Source: an uncultured virus (IMG/VR IMGVR_UViG_3300025617_000008) (lineage: Duplodnaviria > Heunggongvirae > Uroviricota > Caudoviricetes). From it: a stretch of DNA of 64,000 nt. Made by a program: the position numbers and the translations under genes. How positions within the stretch are numbered: the stretch's first letter is position 1; each line of letters starts with the position of its first letter. A model generated the notes under the pieces. The model was not told the DNA's origin. It saw only the letters and a program-made list of their open reading frames with translations, and did not search any database. Below, piece after piece: positions 16,538 to 26,716 of the stretch. The stretch is taken from IMG/VR virus record IMGVR_UViG_3300025617_000008. The stretch is one strand, 5' to 3'.

Positions 16538-19500
16538 TTATCCAAATGTACTAATCGAGCCCAGCACTTGATATGCGCTGTTGACCCTAACAATGGTGAA
16601 AGATAGGATTTCAACTTCGTTGGCAGTTCCTGTATGGGTAATGCCTCCCAACCATTTGACGGTAACACTGCTACCATTAACTTCGACACCAGTGATATCT
16701 CGACCTATTCCTCCTTGTTCAAGCACTACAGCAACGGATACAGTTCTATTGTTTGTTGTGGGTACATTTGTAAAGTTGGCCACAAAATCACCGCTGATAG
16801 AGCTATGATAGAATACTGTGGCAACATCTAAATCGTGATTGATTGTTCCTGTGGCCCCTGTCTTGGTATCAATTTGTTCTGTAACGCCTGCTGTGGTTAA
16901 CCAACCAGTGGATGCTAGATCAGTAAATGTTCCAGCCACCGCTGTTGTTCCACCTATTACAACATTGTCCATATTACTTGAAGTAGCAGGATTAATTGTA
17001 ACTGTTCCAGTTCCTGTTGGAGAAATAGTAACTGTGGTGTCTGCTGGACTGAGTCCAACTGTGTTGTTAGCATCAAGTGTTGTAAATTTACCAGAGGATC
17101 TTGTGTTGTCACCGATTGCTGTATTATCAATACCGTTTGACGCTGTTAAAGCGGTTACGGTTAGACCTTTATTTGTTACAAACCTATCAACGGCGCTGTC
17201 ATATACAATCGTAGCATTTGCTCCGTCGATAGTAAGGCCAGCTCCGTTTGCCGCTGTAGCATCTGCCGCGCCTTTAGCAAGTGTGATGTTTAGATCTTCA
17301 ACATCTAGTGTTGATGTGTTAAGAATAGTTTGTGTGCCTTGAACAGTGAGGTTACCTGTAATTACAGCGTCACCGCCTACAGTTAAATCGTTGCTGATTG
17401 TAGCATCATTCGTAACACCTAAACTGTCTGTGCCAAAGGATCCGTTGTTTGTTATAGAACTAGTTGTTAAATCTGTAATTGTTGCTTTGGGCGAAGTGAT
17501 ACCGGATGTAACAATCAGTGTTGGAACAGTTATGTCGTTCCCAACTGAGATATCACTTTCAAATGTTACTGCTGGCGTAAATGTAATACCGCTCGAATCA
17601 TCTGTTGTAATAGTATTACCTGTGTAAATTAAACTACCAAAATTAATTGTAGTAGCATCACCAAAAGCATTTACTGTTGTTGCGGTATCATTAAGTAGAT
17701 TAAATTCTGTTTGATCAGTAGTTAAATCGCCGCCTTGGATTTGAAGATCTTTTGCTAGGACAACATCGTGTCTAAATGTCGTATTACCCGTAGTCGCTCC
17801 AACTACTATAGTTGAAGTTGTAGGTAATATATTAAAGGTTGGTTGGCCTGTTAATAGATCACCGTTAATTGTAACATTTTCAGTAATCACAGCATTTGCT
17901 GATAATTCTAAATCAGTAGCTGATATTTTATGAGCCACAGTTAAATCGTTTTCGACTGTTAAATCACTTTGTGTTATCACACTAGGAGTAATAGTAATTG
18001 CTGTACTATCATTAGTGTTAATAGTATTTCCGTTAACATCAATATTACCTAAGTTAATATCGGTGTTTGCGTTACCAATGTTTAATGTTGTTAGGTTAGT
18101 GTCGACCAGTAGATTAAATGTTGACTGGTCAGTAGTTAAATTTCCACCTTGTATTTCAACATCATCAACGACTCTTAAATTGTCATTTACAGTTGTTAAA
18201 CTTGTTGTACTACCAATATAAATTTCATCTACTTGGCTGTCAGTGAACACATTTACATATGATTGGTTAGTGCTTAACCAGTTTGTTCTAATTTGTACTG
18301 CGCCAGCGCCAGCAGGTTCTAGATTAATATCTGTATCACTGTTTAGAGCGATAATGTTATTGTTAAAAATTGTTAATTGGTCTGTGCTTATTTCATCTGC
18401 TAGAGTAATAGCACCGCGTATGTTTACAGTTCCACCTAGTGTACCTAGTGTTAGAACTTCGGTATCGGTGTCGGTCAGTATGATCTCTGTACCGGGTACA
18501 TTTTCAACTTCGTAGGTTACCCTAATTCTGTAGGTAACAATGTCTGAACTACCTGTCCATGAAAATAATATTCTATAGTCTATAGTTGCTGGATCAACTT
18601 CAGCATAATTGCCGTTAATTTCGTAGGATTGGTCAACTGTTGTTCCACTGACATTATCGATGGTTACCCAACCACCGCCATCATTTCTCTGTAGAATAAC
18701 ACTGCCTGTTGTTAGTGTACTTTCTGAAGTATAAACTGCTGTATAACTTAGTGTCCCTTGTGCCGCTGGACTTTGGAAATTAACATAAACATCTTTTGCA
18801 GCTTCTGTGCTGGTCGCATAATCTGGAGAGAATAGTAATTCGTTATCAAGTGTACCATTGCCAGTTAGAGCTATTGCTGTTCCAGTGGTGCCAGTTGTTG
18901 TATAATTTTGAACTCCGTCTATACCTGGTGTAGATTCTATCTTAGCAACCAACAAGTTATCCATGATTAGTTTGTTGTTGGTAATATTTCCTCTTTCGCT
19001 TATGCTTTGTAGGGTATCAGTTTCAGTAACACCGAAACTTTCAAATTCTACTTCTTGTGATCCTATTCTTGTGATTGCTATACCACGAGCGGGTGTAAGA
19101 ATAATACTTTGATCATCGCCGCTGTCACTGAATAGTCGTAAATTAGTTGTTCCCACCGGAACTTCAAAGTCATACTGTGTAGCACTCAGGGTAAAACTTT
19201 TTGAATCGTTGTTGATGCTTGTAAAACTAACACCGCTTCCACCAATAATATTAAGTGTATCACTTACTGTTTCTGCTGTTAATGTTTCACCATCTGGATC
19301 AACAACAGCACCGCCTGTTAGTCTAATATTTTGAAATATATTGTGTACCGCTGTTTCTTTTGGAAATATTGTGGTAAATTCTAGTGAATGAGTTGTGCCA
19401 GATCCAGTTGTTAATAGGTCAACTGCTGTACTGCTTCTAGCATTTATTTCAGTGGTTGCTAGTTTGATATTATCAACATCGACCACAATAACGTAATATT

Positions 19501-19651
19501 TTGTATTATGTACTAATCCCCCGATCGAACTACCGTTTCCGTTACGATATATTACACCATCAATAGTTCCAAAACCGTGTGTTGGAATATTAATAGTATC
19601 AGTGGCGATATCAACGTCAGTTGACGGATTAAATGATTTAATAAGAGGCAT
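16538..19651 (-). CDS. Tail-fibre-like structural protein (1037 aa)
   Basis: Thr/Gly/Asn-rich beta repeats; HGF...YYVIVVD..IKLA module; GNLTVQGT...VED.NITL. Confidence 0.8.
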   Translation of the reverse strand: MPLIKSFNPSTDVDIATDTINIPTHGFGTIDGVIYRNGNGSSIGGLVHNTKYYVIVVDVDNIKLATTEINARSSTAVDLLTTGSGTTHSLEFTTIFPKETAVHNIFQNIRLTGGAVVDPDGETLTAETVSDTLNIIGGSGVSFTSINNDSKSFTLSATQYDFEVPVGTTNLRLFSDSGDDQSIILTPARGIAITRIGSQEVEFESFGVTETDTLQSISERGNITNNKLIMDNLLVAKIESTPGIDGVQNYTTTGTTGTAIALTGNGTLDNELLFSPDYATSTEAAKDVYVNFQSPAAQGTLSYTAVYTSESTLTTGSVILQRNDGGGWVTIDNVSGTTVDQSYEINGNYAEVDPATIDYRILFSWTGSSDIVTYRIRVTYEVENVPGTEIILTDTDTEVLTLGTLGGTVNIRGAITLADEISTDQLTIFNNNIIALNSDTDINLEPAGAGAVQIRTNWLSTNQSYVNVFTDSQVDEIYIGSTTSLTTVNDNLRVVDDVEIQGGNLTTDQSTFNLLVDTNLTTLNIGNANTDINLGNIDVNGNTINTNDSTAITITPSVITQSDLTVENDLTVAHKISATDLELSANAVITENVTINGDLLTGQPTFNILPTTSTIVVGATTGNTTFRHDVVLAKDLQIQGGDLTTDQTEFNLLNDTATTVNAFGDATTINFGSLIYTGNTITTDDSSGITFTPAVTFESDISVGNDITVPTLIVTSGITSPKATITDLTTSSITNNGSFGTDSLGVTNDATISNDLTVGGDAVITGNLTVQGTQTILNTSTLDVEDLNITLAKGAADATAANGAGLTIDGANATIVYDSAVDRFVTNKGLTVTALTASNGIDNTAIGDNTRSSGKFTTLDANNTVGLSPADTTVTISPTGTGTVTINPATSSNMDNVVIGGTTAVAGTFTDLASTGWLTTAGVTEQIDTKTGATGTINHDLDVATVFYHSSISGDFVANFTNVPTTNNRTVSVAVVLEQGGIGRDITGVEVNGSSVTVKWLGGITHTGTANEVEILSFTIVRVNSAYQVLGSISTFG

Positions 19652-19699
19652 AGTTTAATTTTGTTCCTTATACAATGTATTTATTGTTTTCCTTTTCTG

Positions 19700-19707
19700 T
19701 ATAAATA
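19700..19707 (+). promoter_or_regulatory. T4-type late promoter TATAAATA
   Basis: Exact consensus in a divergent intergenic region. Confidence 0.6.
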
Positions 19708-21152
19708 TGAGTACTATGAAACATTCTGATATTGACCAAATTACACAATCACTTAGCGTTGCCCTCAAAACGTTGGAGGACAAGGCCCGCACAGGCGAGA
19801 ATATTGATCTCACTGAGAAACAGATATCCAAGATTATCCGTAAGATTCCATACAACGGTTTAACTGGAGATCAAATTAGTGGCGGAAGGATCAGTAATTT
19901 TAGTAGTACAGGTATTAGTGACGATGCTAATAATACTATACTAACCGTAACTAATGAAGGCATTGTTACACATAATGCCAGTATTAATACGATCAAAGGT
20001 AATATAAATGTTGAAGAACAATTAACAGCAGGGTCTGCTGTTATTGTAGGAGACTTAACTGTATCAGGAGTGCTACGAGCAAACGTAGACGTTGATACTA
20101 AAAAGTTTTTGAGGACATTACCTGATAGAAGTATTTCAGGTAACAAGATTAACGGTGGGCTAATTAGAAACTTTAATACGCCAGGTATTAAAGATGAATC
20201 AAATTCAACCACAAAACTAATGGTTACCGATGATGTAGTATCTATCGATAATCTTAGTGTAGAAAATATCAAAGGCGATGTTGTTGTTGAGCAAAAACTA
20301 ACTGCTCATGATGTTCATGTAGAGGGAGAAATTACAGCAACACGAATTAGAACAGACGAGTTGTTCGCAGACATTAGGATCGAAAGAACATCTCCTCTAG
20401 AATTTACTCAAAGCGCAGGAAATCCAATCATAGGAAAGGGACTCTTATGGACCGGTGCTGGTGTAACCAGACAGTTTATTCTGCGAGATAATGACCAACT
20501 GTTTTCGACTGAAAATATTAACCTAAACAAAGGTCGTTCATATCAAATTGATAATATTCCTGTTCTAAACTTTGACTCTTTAGGCTCAACTATAACAAGA
20601 AGTAGACTAAGGGAAGTAGGCAACTTACAAAAACTCACAGTACTAGGCAATTTAAACTTAGACAATCAACTATTCTTCTTTAATGAATCAGGAAGATTAT
20701 CTTTTGGACATGAAGAACCAAACGGAAAATTTAGCATCTATGACAAGGAAGTCGAATTTAAAATAGATACAAAGGATAACGGATCTATTATTGGTACTCA
20801 TGGTTACAATTCACTATCTATAATAACCGACAATACAGAAAGGTTAAGTGTTGGCGCTAATGGGCACATTACGCTAGGACACAAAAATAGTCCGCCGACA
20901 CAGGTAAGTGTACACGGTAGGGTGTCTATTGGGGTATCTAATCCGGATCAAAATGTTGACTTACATGTTAACGGACCGGTAAGATTTAATGACAAATTAC
21001 AAAGTCATGGAACCAGTGCTCCTCGTACTGGATCATTTAATCGAGGTGATATATTTTGGAACACCGAACCACGTACTGGTCAGCCTATTGGCTGGGTTTG
21101 TATTGTACAGGGCACACCAGGGGAATGGCGACCGTTCGGCATTATAGGTTAG
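19707..21152 (+). CDS. Probable virion structural/fibre protein
   Basis: Internal repeat (SGDQISGG.I / SGNKINGG.I); C-terminal GDIFWN.EP...IGWVC...GTPGEW..FG. Confidence 0.75.
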   Translation: MSTMKHSDIDQITQSLSVALKTLEDKARTGENIDLTEKQISKIIRKIPYNGLTGDQISGGRISNFSSTGISDDANNTILTVTNEGIVTHNASINTIKGNINVEEQLTAGSAVIVGDLTVSGVLRANVDVDTKKFLRTLPDRSISGNKINGGLIRNFNTPGIKDESNSTTKLMVTDDVVSIDNLSVENIKGDVVVEQKLTAHDVHVEGEITATRIRTDELFADIRIERTSPLEFTQSAGNPIIGKGLLWTGAGVTRQFILRDNDQLFSTENINLNKGRSYQIDNIPVLNFDSLGSTITRSRLREVGNLQKLTVLGNLNLDNQLFFFNESGRLSFGHEEPNGKFSIYDKEVEFKIDTKDNGSIIGTHGYNSLSIITDNTERLSVGANGHITLGHKNSPPTQVSVHGRVSIGVSNPDQNVDLHVNGPVRFNDKLQSHGTSAPRTGSFNRGDIFWNTEPRTGQPIGWVCIVQGTPGEWRPFGIIG

Positions 21153-21156
21153 GGCA

Positions 21157-21507
21157 TTGAAAAAAACATTTTTAGAAAAACAGATCTACTTCTGGAAGAC
21201 TTATGGCTTATTGAGTCCTTTAGTATTCGCTGTAGGATTAATTATAGCATATTGGCTGAACTGGTTTGATGTAGAATTATGGATGTTGATAGCTGGTATA
21301 GTTGCTGGCTGTACAGCAGTTGTTTGGTGGTGGTGGACCATGTTTACTATAGGCAAACTAAACAACACACTAACTAAAAATGTAGAGCAGTTCTTAGAAT
21401 TGTTAAACATTGTTAAAGATCTAAATCATGAATTCAAAGAACAATCATCTAATAATCGGAAACGGGGAAAGCCGGAAGCCGATAAAAATAAATCTATTAA
21501 AGAATAA
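21157..21507 (+). CDS. Two-TM membrane protein
   Basis: Two hydrophobic helices and a WWWW motif; TTG start. Confidence 0.65.
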   Translation: MKKTFLEKQIYFWKTYGLLSPLVFAVGLIIAYWLNWFDVELWMLIAGIVAGCTAVVWWWWTMFTIGKLNNTLTKNVEQFLELLNIVKDLNHEFKEQSSNNRKRGKPEADKNKSIKE

Positions 21508-22030
21508 ATTTACTTTATTTGGTTGTAATGCTATTTGTCGTGATTATGAAATAGATCACCTAATATGTGTCGACCGACGCATGGTAAAAGAAGCATTAGC
21601 ATACAAAATTAAAAACGTTTATACCAGACAGGATTGGAAGAAATATTTTCCAGGCCCTGAAGTACAAGTTGTTCCCGAACTTCCTTATCAAGGTGATAAT
21701 CGATGGGATAATCCTTTCCATTGGGGTAGTGGTCCGTATGCTTTATTATTAAGTGCTATAATGGAGCCAAATGAATGTCATCTTGTTGGTTTTGATTTAC
21801 ACAGTTCTACCAGCACTGTAAATAATATCTACAAAGGCACTGATAACTATGTCGATAAAAATCACAGACCTGTTGATCCAAAGTATTGGGTACAGCAAAA
21901 TGCTAAAATATATGAGCTATTTCCAAATATAAAATTTGTAATCTACAATACACCTGAATGGGAATTACCGGAAAATTGGAAACTTCCTAACGTTACCAAA
22001 AAACAAATAAAAGACTTGACATACTCATAA
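21428..22030 (+). CDS. Maf/GT29-like Rossmann-fold sugar-transfer protein
   Basis: IIGNGESR, GCNA.CRD, SGP.A, LVGFDL. Confidence 0.6.
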   Translation: MNSKNNHLIIGNGESRKPIKINLLKNKFTLFGCNAICRDYEIDHLICVDRRMVKEALAYKIKNVYTRQDWKKYFPGPEVQVVPELPYQGDNRWDNPFHWGSGPYALLLSAIMEPNECHLVGFDLHSSTSTVNNIYKGTDNYVDKNHRPVDPKYWVQQNAKIYELFPNIKFVIYNTPEWELPENWKLPNVTKKQIKDLTYS

Positions 22031-22044
22031 ATATCCTGTATTAT
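22016..22044 (+). promoter_or_regulatory. Sigma70-type promoter for queD
   Basis: TTGACA-17 nt-TATTAT. Confidence 0.75.
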
Positions 22045-22057
22045 AAGTGTATTAATA

Positions 22058-22093
22058 AAGGACTTGGCGTCACCCCTTCTAATTCTGCCGCCA
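22058..22093 (+). promoter_or_regulatory. Candidate pseudoknotted cis-regulatory RNA in the queD leader
   Basis: AAG/CTT and GAC/GTC stem; TGGCG can pair with downstream CGCCA. Confidence 0.4.
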
Positions 22094-22116
22094 TTATTAA
22101 AGTATAGGAGATAATA

Positions 22117-22566
22117 ATGGGAAAACATTACAGTACAAAACACTACGGACACAACATTGGCTTATCGGCAGTATTCCGTCAACCAAACGCAGATCATTCA
22201 CACTGCCATTTGCTACACGGTTATAGTCTAGCATTTACATTTACATTTGGTTGTGATGAACTAGACAACAAAAACTGGGCAGTTGACTTTGGTGGACTTA
22301 AACCGTTGAAGGCATGGCTCGAAGATAGTTTCGATCATAAGGTAGCAGTTGATATTGCTGATCCACACAAACAAGATTTGTATGAATTACAAGATAAAGG
22401 ACTTTGTGAAATTAGAGAGTTTGATGGAGTCGGCGCAGAAAAGTTTGCTGAACACGCATTTAACTTTGCTGACAAACTTATTAGAGAAGCAACAAACAAT
22501 CGTTGTTATTGTGTTAAAGTAGAATGTGCTGAACACGGTGCCAATTCAGCAATCTACGAGGCATAG
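22117..22566 (+). CDS. queD: 6-carboxytetrahydropterin synthase (QueD/PTPS family)
   Basis: SHCHLLHGY, VDFGGLK, FDH, GAE, E...NSA. Confidence 0.88.
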   Translation: MGKHYSTKHYGHNIGLSAVFRQPNADHSHCHLLHGYSLAFTFTFGCDELDNKNWAVDFGGLKPLKAWLEDSFDHKVAVDIADPHKQDLYELQDKGLCEIREFDGVGAEKFAEHAFNFADKLIREATNNRCYCVKVECAEHGANSAIYEA

Positions 22567-22568
22567 TA

Positions 22569-22901
22569 ATGAAATATGCTAATTGGAATATAGGCGGAGA
22601 AATAGTTAAACAAGATAGTCGTTATATTGTAAAAGATAATAACGAACTTAAAAATCTTGTGGTTAGTTCTACTAGTTTAAATCCCAATAAAAGCACAACT
22701 GGTCACAGACATGCTGGACAAGAAGAAGTCTATATCTTCACAAAAGGAAAAGGACAGATGGAGCTAGATTATCAAATTTTTGATGTTTGTTCTGGCGACA
22801 CTGTCCTTATCAAAGATAACGTATTTCACAAAGTTCATAATAACAGTGATTTTATGTTAGAATTTATATGTGTATTTGATGGTCGAAGAGAACAAAAGTA
22901 A
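22569..22901 (+). CDS. Cupin-domain protein
   Basis: GHRH...EEVY...G.G.M, FHKVHN. Confidence 0.85.
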   Translation: MKYANWNIGGEIVKQDSRYIVKDNNELKNLVVSSTSLNPNKSTTGHRHAGQEEVYIFTKGKGQMELDYQIFDVCSGDTVLIKDNVFHKVHNNSDFMLEFICVFDGRREQK

Positions 22902-23603
22902 ATGCTTAATATTATATGCTTGAAGTCAGGAACAAAATACTCACCGGATTATGTAAACAAACTGTATAATATGATACAGAGGCATCTTACATTGCCTCAC
23001 CGCTTTGTTTGTTTTACAGAACTTCCGGAAGGCATCAATCATAATATTGAGATTAGACCGTTACCGACTAATAAACCTCATCTTCAAGGTTGGTGGTATA
23101 AACCTTACATTTTTAAGGCAGATCATTTTGATAAAGGCGATGTAAATTTCTATATAGATCTTGATATGGTTATTGTTAATAACATAGACAGATTTATGGA
23201 CTACATGCCAGGACACTTTGTCGGTCTCAGAGATGTTGGTAGAGTGTTTAGACCTAACTATCAAAAACTAGGAAGTGCTGTACTGCGGTGGAACGCAGGG
23301 ACATTCAGTAATGTATGGGACGACTTTGAAAATCATCCCAGTGTTATTAAAAGATTCCATGGCGACCAAGACTGGTTATGGCATTTGAATAATCCCTCTA
23401 TTAAATTTTTTCCAGATGATTGGATTAGAAGTTATAAATGGGAAATAAGGTCACGAACAGAACTCAATGGCTTTGGACGAAACAGTACATTCAAAGAAGT
23501 TAAAGATCCTAAGATACCTGAAAATACTAGTATATTAGCATTTCATGGATATCCAGACGTTCACGATGTACAAGATCCGGTTATTGTAAACAACTGGGTA
23601 TAA
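22902..23603 (+). CDS. Glycosyltransferase (GT-A, DxD)
   Basis: CLKSGTKYSPDYVN, GWWYK, YIDLDMVI, GDQDW, FHG.P. Confidence 0.8.
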   Translation: MLNIICLKSGTKYSPDYVNKLYNMIQRHLTLPHRFVCFTELPEGINHNIEIRPLPTNKPHLQGWWYKPYIFKADHFDKGDVNFYIDLDMVIVNNIDRFMDYMPGHFVGLRDVGRVFRPNYQKLGSAVLRWNAGTFSNVWDDFENHPSVIKRFHGDQDWLWHLNNPSIKFFPDDWIRSYKWEIRSRTELNGFGRNSTFKEVKDPKIPENTSILAFHGYPDVHDVQDPVIVNNWV

Positions 23604-23649
23604 AATACTACTTTAATAACTATGTCTATAGACATTAAATAATTCTGCT

Positions 23650-23835
23650 ATGATTACCAAATATGTAATCCGCAATAGCAATGATAGCCAAACGATCGAA
23701 GTTGATAATTTGGATGAAGTACAGAATACTATCATGCTGTTAAAGGAGCAGAACCCACACATAGAATACAGTGTTGATGAAAAACAAGTATCAAGTGTAA
23801 AACCAGGTTTCGGAAGAGATCCGGATCTACACTAA
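23650..23835 (+). CDS. Small hypothetical protein
   Basis: ORF ending GRDPDLH, TTAAATA upstream. Confidence 0.6.
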   Translation: MITKYVIRNSNDSQTIEVDNLDEVQNTIMLLKEQNPHIEYSVDEKQVSSVKPGFGRDPDLH

Positions 23836-24683
23836 TACGTTTTCAATTTTTGAAAGATTAAGTCTTGCGGAATACCATCAAGCATTTCTTGTTGTGTCCA
23901 TTCCGTCCAGGCTAGATCATTTCCCCACTGTGTCCTATCAGGCCGTAACGGCGTTTCAATCATTGAGTAATCAGTGTTTGCGACCGGCGCGGCTAAACTG
24001 ATCTGACTCACAAACGCTGGGACACCATTAATAACTGCTTCAATGCCAGGATTACTACAATGGTTAACTACTGCCCAAGCAGTGTTTAAGTCTGCCATAA
24101 AAGGTACATGACTTAGAATACTGTTTTGTTGTTTAAAAGGTCGTCTTAACGGAAATCTAGGATGTGATCTTATTCTGATTGGCCGATCGGTATGCTCACG
24201 AATTTGTTCAATAGTTTGATTAACCCATACATCGCTAGGAGGCATTGTCCTCCACTGTTCACTTCTTTCGTGTTGAGAACATAAAAGTATATGTTCACCA
24301 GTATTTTTCCAAGGGGCAAATGATAACCCTAATTTTTTAAATCTCTCTTGGTCTTTGTTGCTAACAAAGTAGTTAGGAAGATTAATTCCGTTTATACCAA
24401 TTTTCCAAGTAGCTCTAGGATCATCACCATTAGGTGATGTGTCTCTAATTAAGTTTCCTATTTCTAAAACAATAACCGGTTTACCTTTCTTTCGGTAAGA
24501 ATCAAACACCTGTTGATTATTTCGCATTCTTCCAAACCAAAGTACACTCCAAATTACAGCAACATCGCCTGTTCCTGAATGATATTCAATAGTGTGACCG
24601 TGTTTCTTTAAACCATTCTCAAAATTTTGAAATACAGGTTTACTGTTTAATGCTCCAAATTGGTTATAAAAATCAAAGATCAT
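23832..24683 (-). CDS. Capsule-synthesis/GT-B-like glycosyltransferase
   Basis: ILLCSQ, IRIRSHPR, AVVNHCSNPGIEAVINGVP. Confidence 0.7.
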   Translation of the reverse strand: MIFDFYNQFGALNSKPVFQNFENGLKKHGHTIEYHSGTGDVAVIWSVLWFGRMRNNQQVFDSYRKKGKPVIVLEIGNLIRDTSPNGDDPRATWKIGINGINLPNYFVSNKDQERFKKLGLSFAPWKNTGEHILLCSQHERSEQWRTMPPSDVWVNQTIEQIREHTDRPIRIRSHPRFPLRRPFKQQNSILSHVPFMADLNTAWAVVNHCSNPGIEAVINGVPAFVSQISLAAPVANTDYSMIETPLRPDRTQWGNDLAWTEWTQQEMLDGIPQDLIFQKLKTY

Positions 24684-24695
24684 ACAATATATATG

Positions 24696-24724
24696 TTGAT
24701 TTATGTTTCGTATGAGTGTATAAT
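24696..24724 (+). promoter_or_regulatory. Sigma70-type promoter
   Basis: TTGATT-17 nt-TATAAT. Confidence 0.7.
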
Positions 24725-24747
24725 GAATTTACAGTTAAGGAACTATC

Positions 24748-25470
24748 ATGACAGTAGTAAACAAGTTTATATTTGATGTAGATGGCACACTAACACCAAG
24801 CCGTCAAAAGATTGACGATAAATTTCAACGTTGGTTTTTAGAATTTACATACAGCAATTATGTTTATCTTGTAACTGGTAGTGACTATGATAAAACAGTA
24901 GAGCAATTAGGCAAAACTATATGTGAAAACGTAGAACTAGTTTATAATTGTAGCGGTAGTGATGTTTGGCAGGCTGGTAAGAATATATTTACTACTGACT
25001 GGACACTACCAGAAGATGCTCATAAATGGTTAAGTGAACAATTAACCGAAAGTCGATTTTATCGAAAAACTGGTTTACACTTTGAACATCGCCCAGGCAT
25101 GGTGAATTTCAGTATCGTGGGCCGTAATTGTAATTTAGAAGAACGCATGATGTATGTAGAATGGGACGAACACAAAAACGAACGATTTAAAATTGCTGAA
25201 CAGTTCAACTTATTGTTCCCAGACCTAAATGCCGTGATAGGCGGCGAAACTGGGTTAGATATTTTTGAAAAAGGTTTTGACAAGAGTCAAATTGTAAAAG
25301 ACTTTGATCCAAAAAATGACATCTTACATTTCTTTGGTGATGCTATGCGGCCAGGTGGAAACGATTATGCTCTAAAAAAAGTAATCATTGACAACGATCT
25401 CGGTCACTGTTATAATATAAAAGACTACAAAGAAACATGGAAAATATTAAAAGATGAATTCTCAGTATAA
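24748..25470 (+). CDS. HAD-type (eukaryote-like) phosphomannomutase
   Basis: FDVDGTLT, VTGSD, EHRPGMVNFS..GR, GG..G.DI, FFGD...GGND. Confidence 0.85.
   Translation: MTVVNKFIFDVDGTLTPSRQKIDDKFQRWFLEFTYSNYVYLVTGSDYDKTVEQLGKTICENVELVYNCSGSDVWQAGKNIFTTDWTLPEDAHKWLSEQLTESRFYRKTGLHFEHRPGMVNFSIVGRNCNLEERMMYVEWDEHKNERFKIAEQFNLLFPDLNAVIGGETGLDIFEKGFDKSQIVKDFDPKNDILHFFGDAMRPGGNDYALKKVIIDNDLGHCYNIKDYKETWKILKDEFSV
25388..25416 (+). promoter_or_regulatory. Sigma70 promoter inside the PMM gene, upstream of uvsE
   Basis: TTGACA-17 nt-TATAAT with TGn. Confidence 0.8.
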
Positions 25471-26527
25471 ACGTATAGGTTTCGCATGTAAGTACATGCA
25501 TCCTGATCAAACACAAAAGAAAAAATTACTGGAAGAAATTCAGCGGCCACTAAACACTCGAAGCACAACAGTTCAATGGTTAAATAGACAAACTAAAGAA
25601 GTTGCTGAAGAACGTCTTTGGGATATCATGGTTCATAACATTCAATCGTACATGAATCTTATCAGTTATGTAGGAGGTTTGCCTAATGAATTACGAATGG
25701 TTAGACTCGGCAGTGATGTACTTCCTGTATACACTCAGCATGAGTGGAGTTATTTTTGGAAGTTGCCTGATGTTATCAACTATTGCGAGAAAAACTTCGC
25801 TAACGTCGGCAAACGTGCTAAAGCGTTGGACGTTAGGCTCAGTATGCACCCTGGTCAGTTTACTGTGCTGGCTAGTGATACACCGGACATTGTAGAGAGG
25901 AGCATAGAAGAATTTGAATATCACACCGATGTCATCCGCTGGATGGGCTATGGACAGTCATTCCAAGATTTCAAATGTAATGTCCACATATCGGGCAGAC
26001 AAGGTCCAGCCGGTATCAAAGCAGTCCTCCCAAGATTATCTCAAGAAGCGAGAAATTGTATTACCATCGAGAACGATGAAATGTGCTGGGGGCTCGACGC
26101 AAGTCTCGAACTTGCCGATCACTGCGCACTCGTTCTTGACATACACCATCACTGGGTCCGTACAGGTGAATACATTCAGCCCACCGACGATAGATTTGCT
26201 CGCGTGATTGATTCGTGGCGTGGTGTGCGTCCTGTTATACATTATAGTGTAAGCAAAGAAAATTTACTCACAGAATGGCCTAACAACAAATTACCTGATA
26301 TGGAATATTTGTTAATAGATGGATTTAAAAAACAAAAACTTAGAGCTCATTCCGACTATATGTGGAATACAGCCGTTAATGAATGGGCTCTGAGTTTTAG
26401 GGAAAGTGCTGACATTATGGTAGAATCTAAGATGAAGAATCTTGCCAGCATTAAACTTTATGAAGAATCTATGAATTCTTCTTTGGACGACCACGCTTCT
26501 TCGGAGCCGTCGATGCTGGCTTCTTAG
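25454..26527 (+). CDS. uvsE: UV-damage endonuclease
   Basis: RIGFAC, RLSMHPGQF.VL, NVH, TIENDE, VLDIHHH, HYS, AHSD, DIMVESK.K. Confidence 0.92.
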   Translation: MNSQYKRIGFACKYMHPDQTQKKKLLEEIQRPLNTRSTTVQWLNRQTKEVAEERLWDIMVHNIQSYMNLISYVGGLPNELRMVRLGSDVLPVYTQHEWSYFWKLPDVINYCEKNFANVGKRAKALDVRLSMHPGQFTVLASDTPDIVERSIEEFEYHTDVIRWMGYGQSFQDFKCNVHISGRQGPAGIKAVLPRLSQEARNCITIENDEMCWGLDASLELADHCALVLDIHHHWVRTGEYIQPTDDRFARVIDSWRGVRPVIHYSVSKENLLTEWPNNKLPDMEYLLIDGFKKQKLRAHSDYMWNTAVNEWALSFRESADIMVESKMKNLASIKLYEESMNSSLDDHASSEPSMLAS

Positions 26528-26651
26528 TAGCTGGTGTTTTCTTTTTGGCTGGTGCTTTCTTAGCGGCTGGCTTTTTAGCAACTGCTTTTTCTGCGATTAC
26601 CGGAGTATCCGGTGTATTAAATCCAAAAAGTTCTTTTAACCATGTAAACAT
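26469..26651 (-). CDS. Small Lys/Ala/Pro-rich basic protein with AT-hook-like end
   Basis: GGAGG RBS; KKPAAKKAPAKKK...KKRGRPKK. Confidence 0.7.
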   Translation of the reverse strand: MFTWLKELFGFNTPDTPVIAEKAVAKKPAAKKAPAKKKTPATKKPASTAPKKRGRPKKNS

Positions 26652-26716
26652 AATTTTACCTCCTGTCGAATATTTAATAAATACCTCTACAAACTATAAT
26701 AAAATTGGAGACTAAT

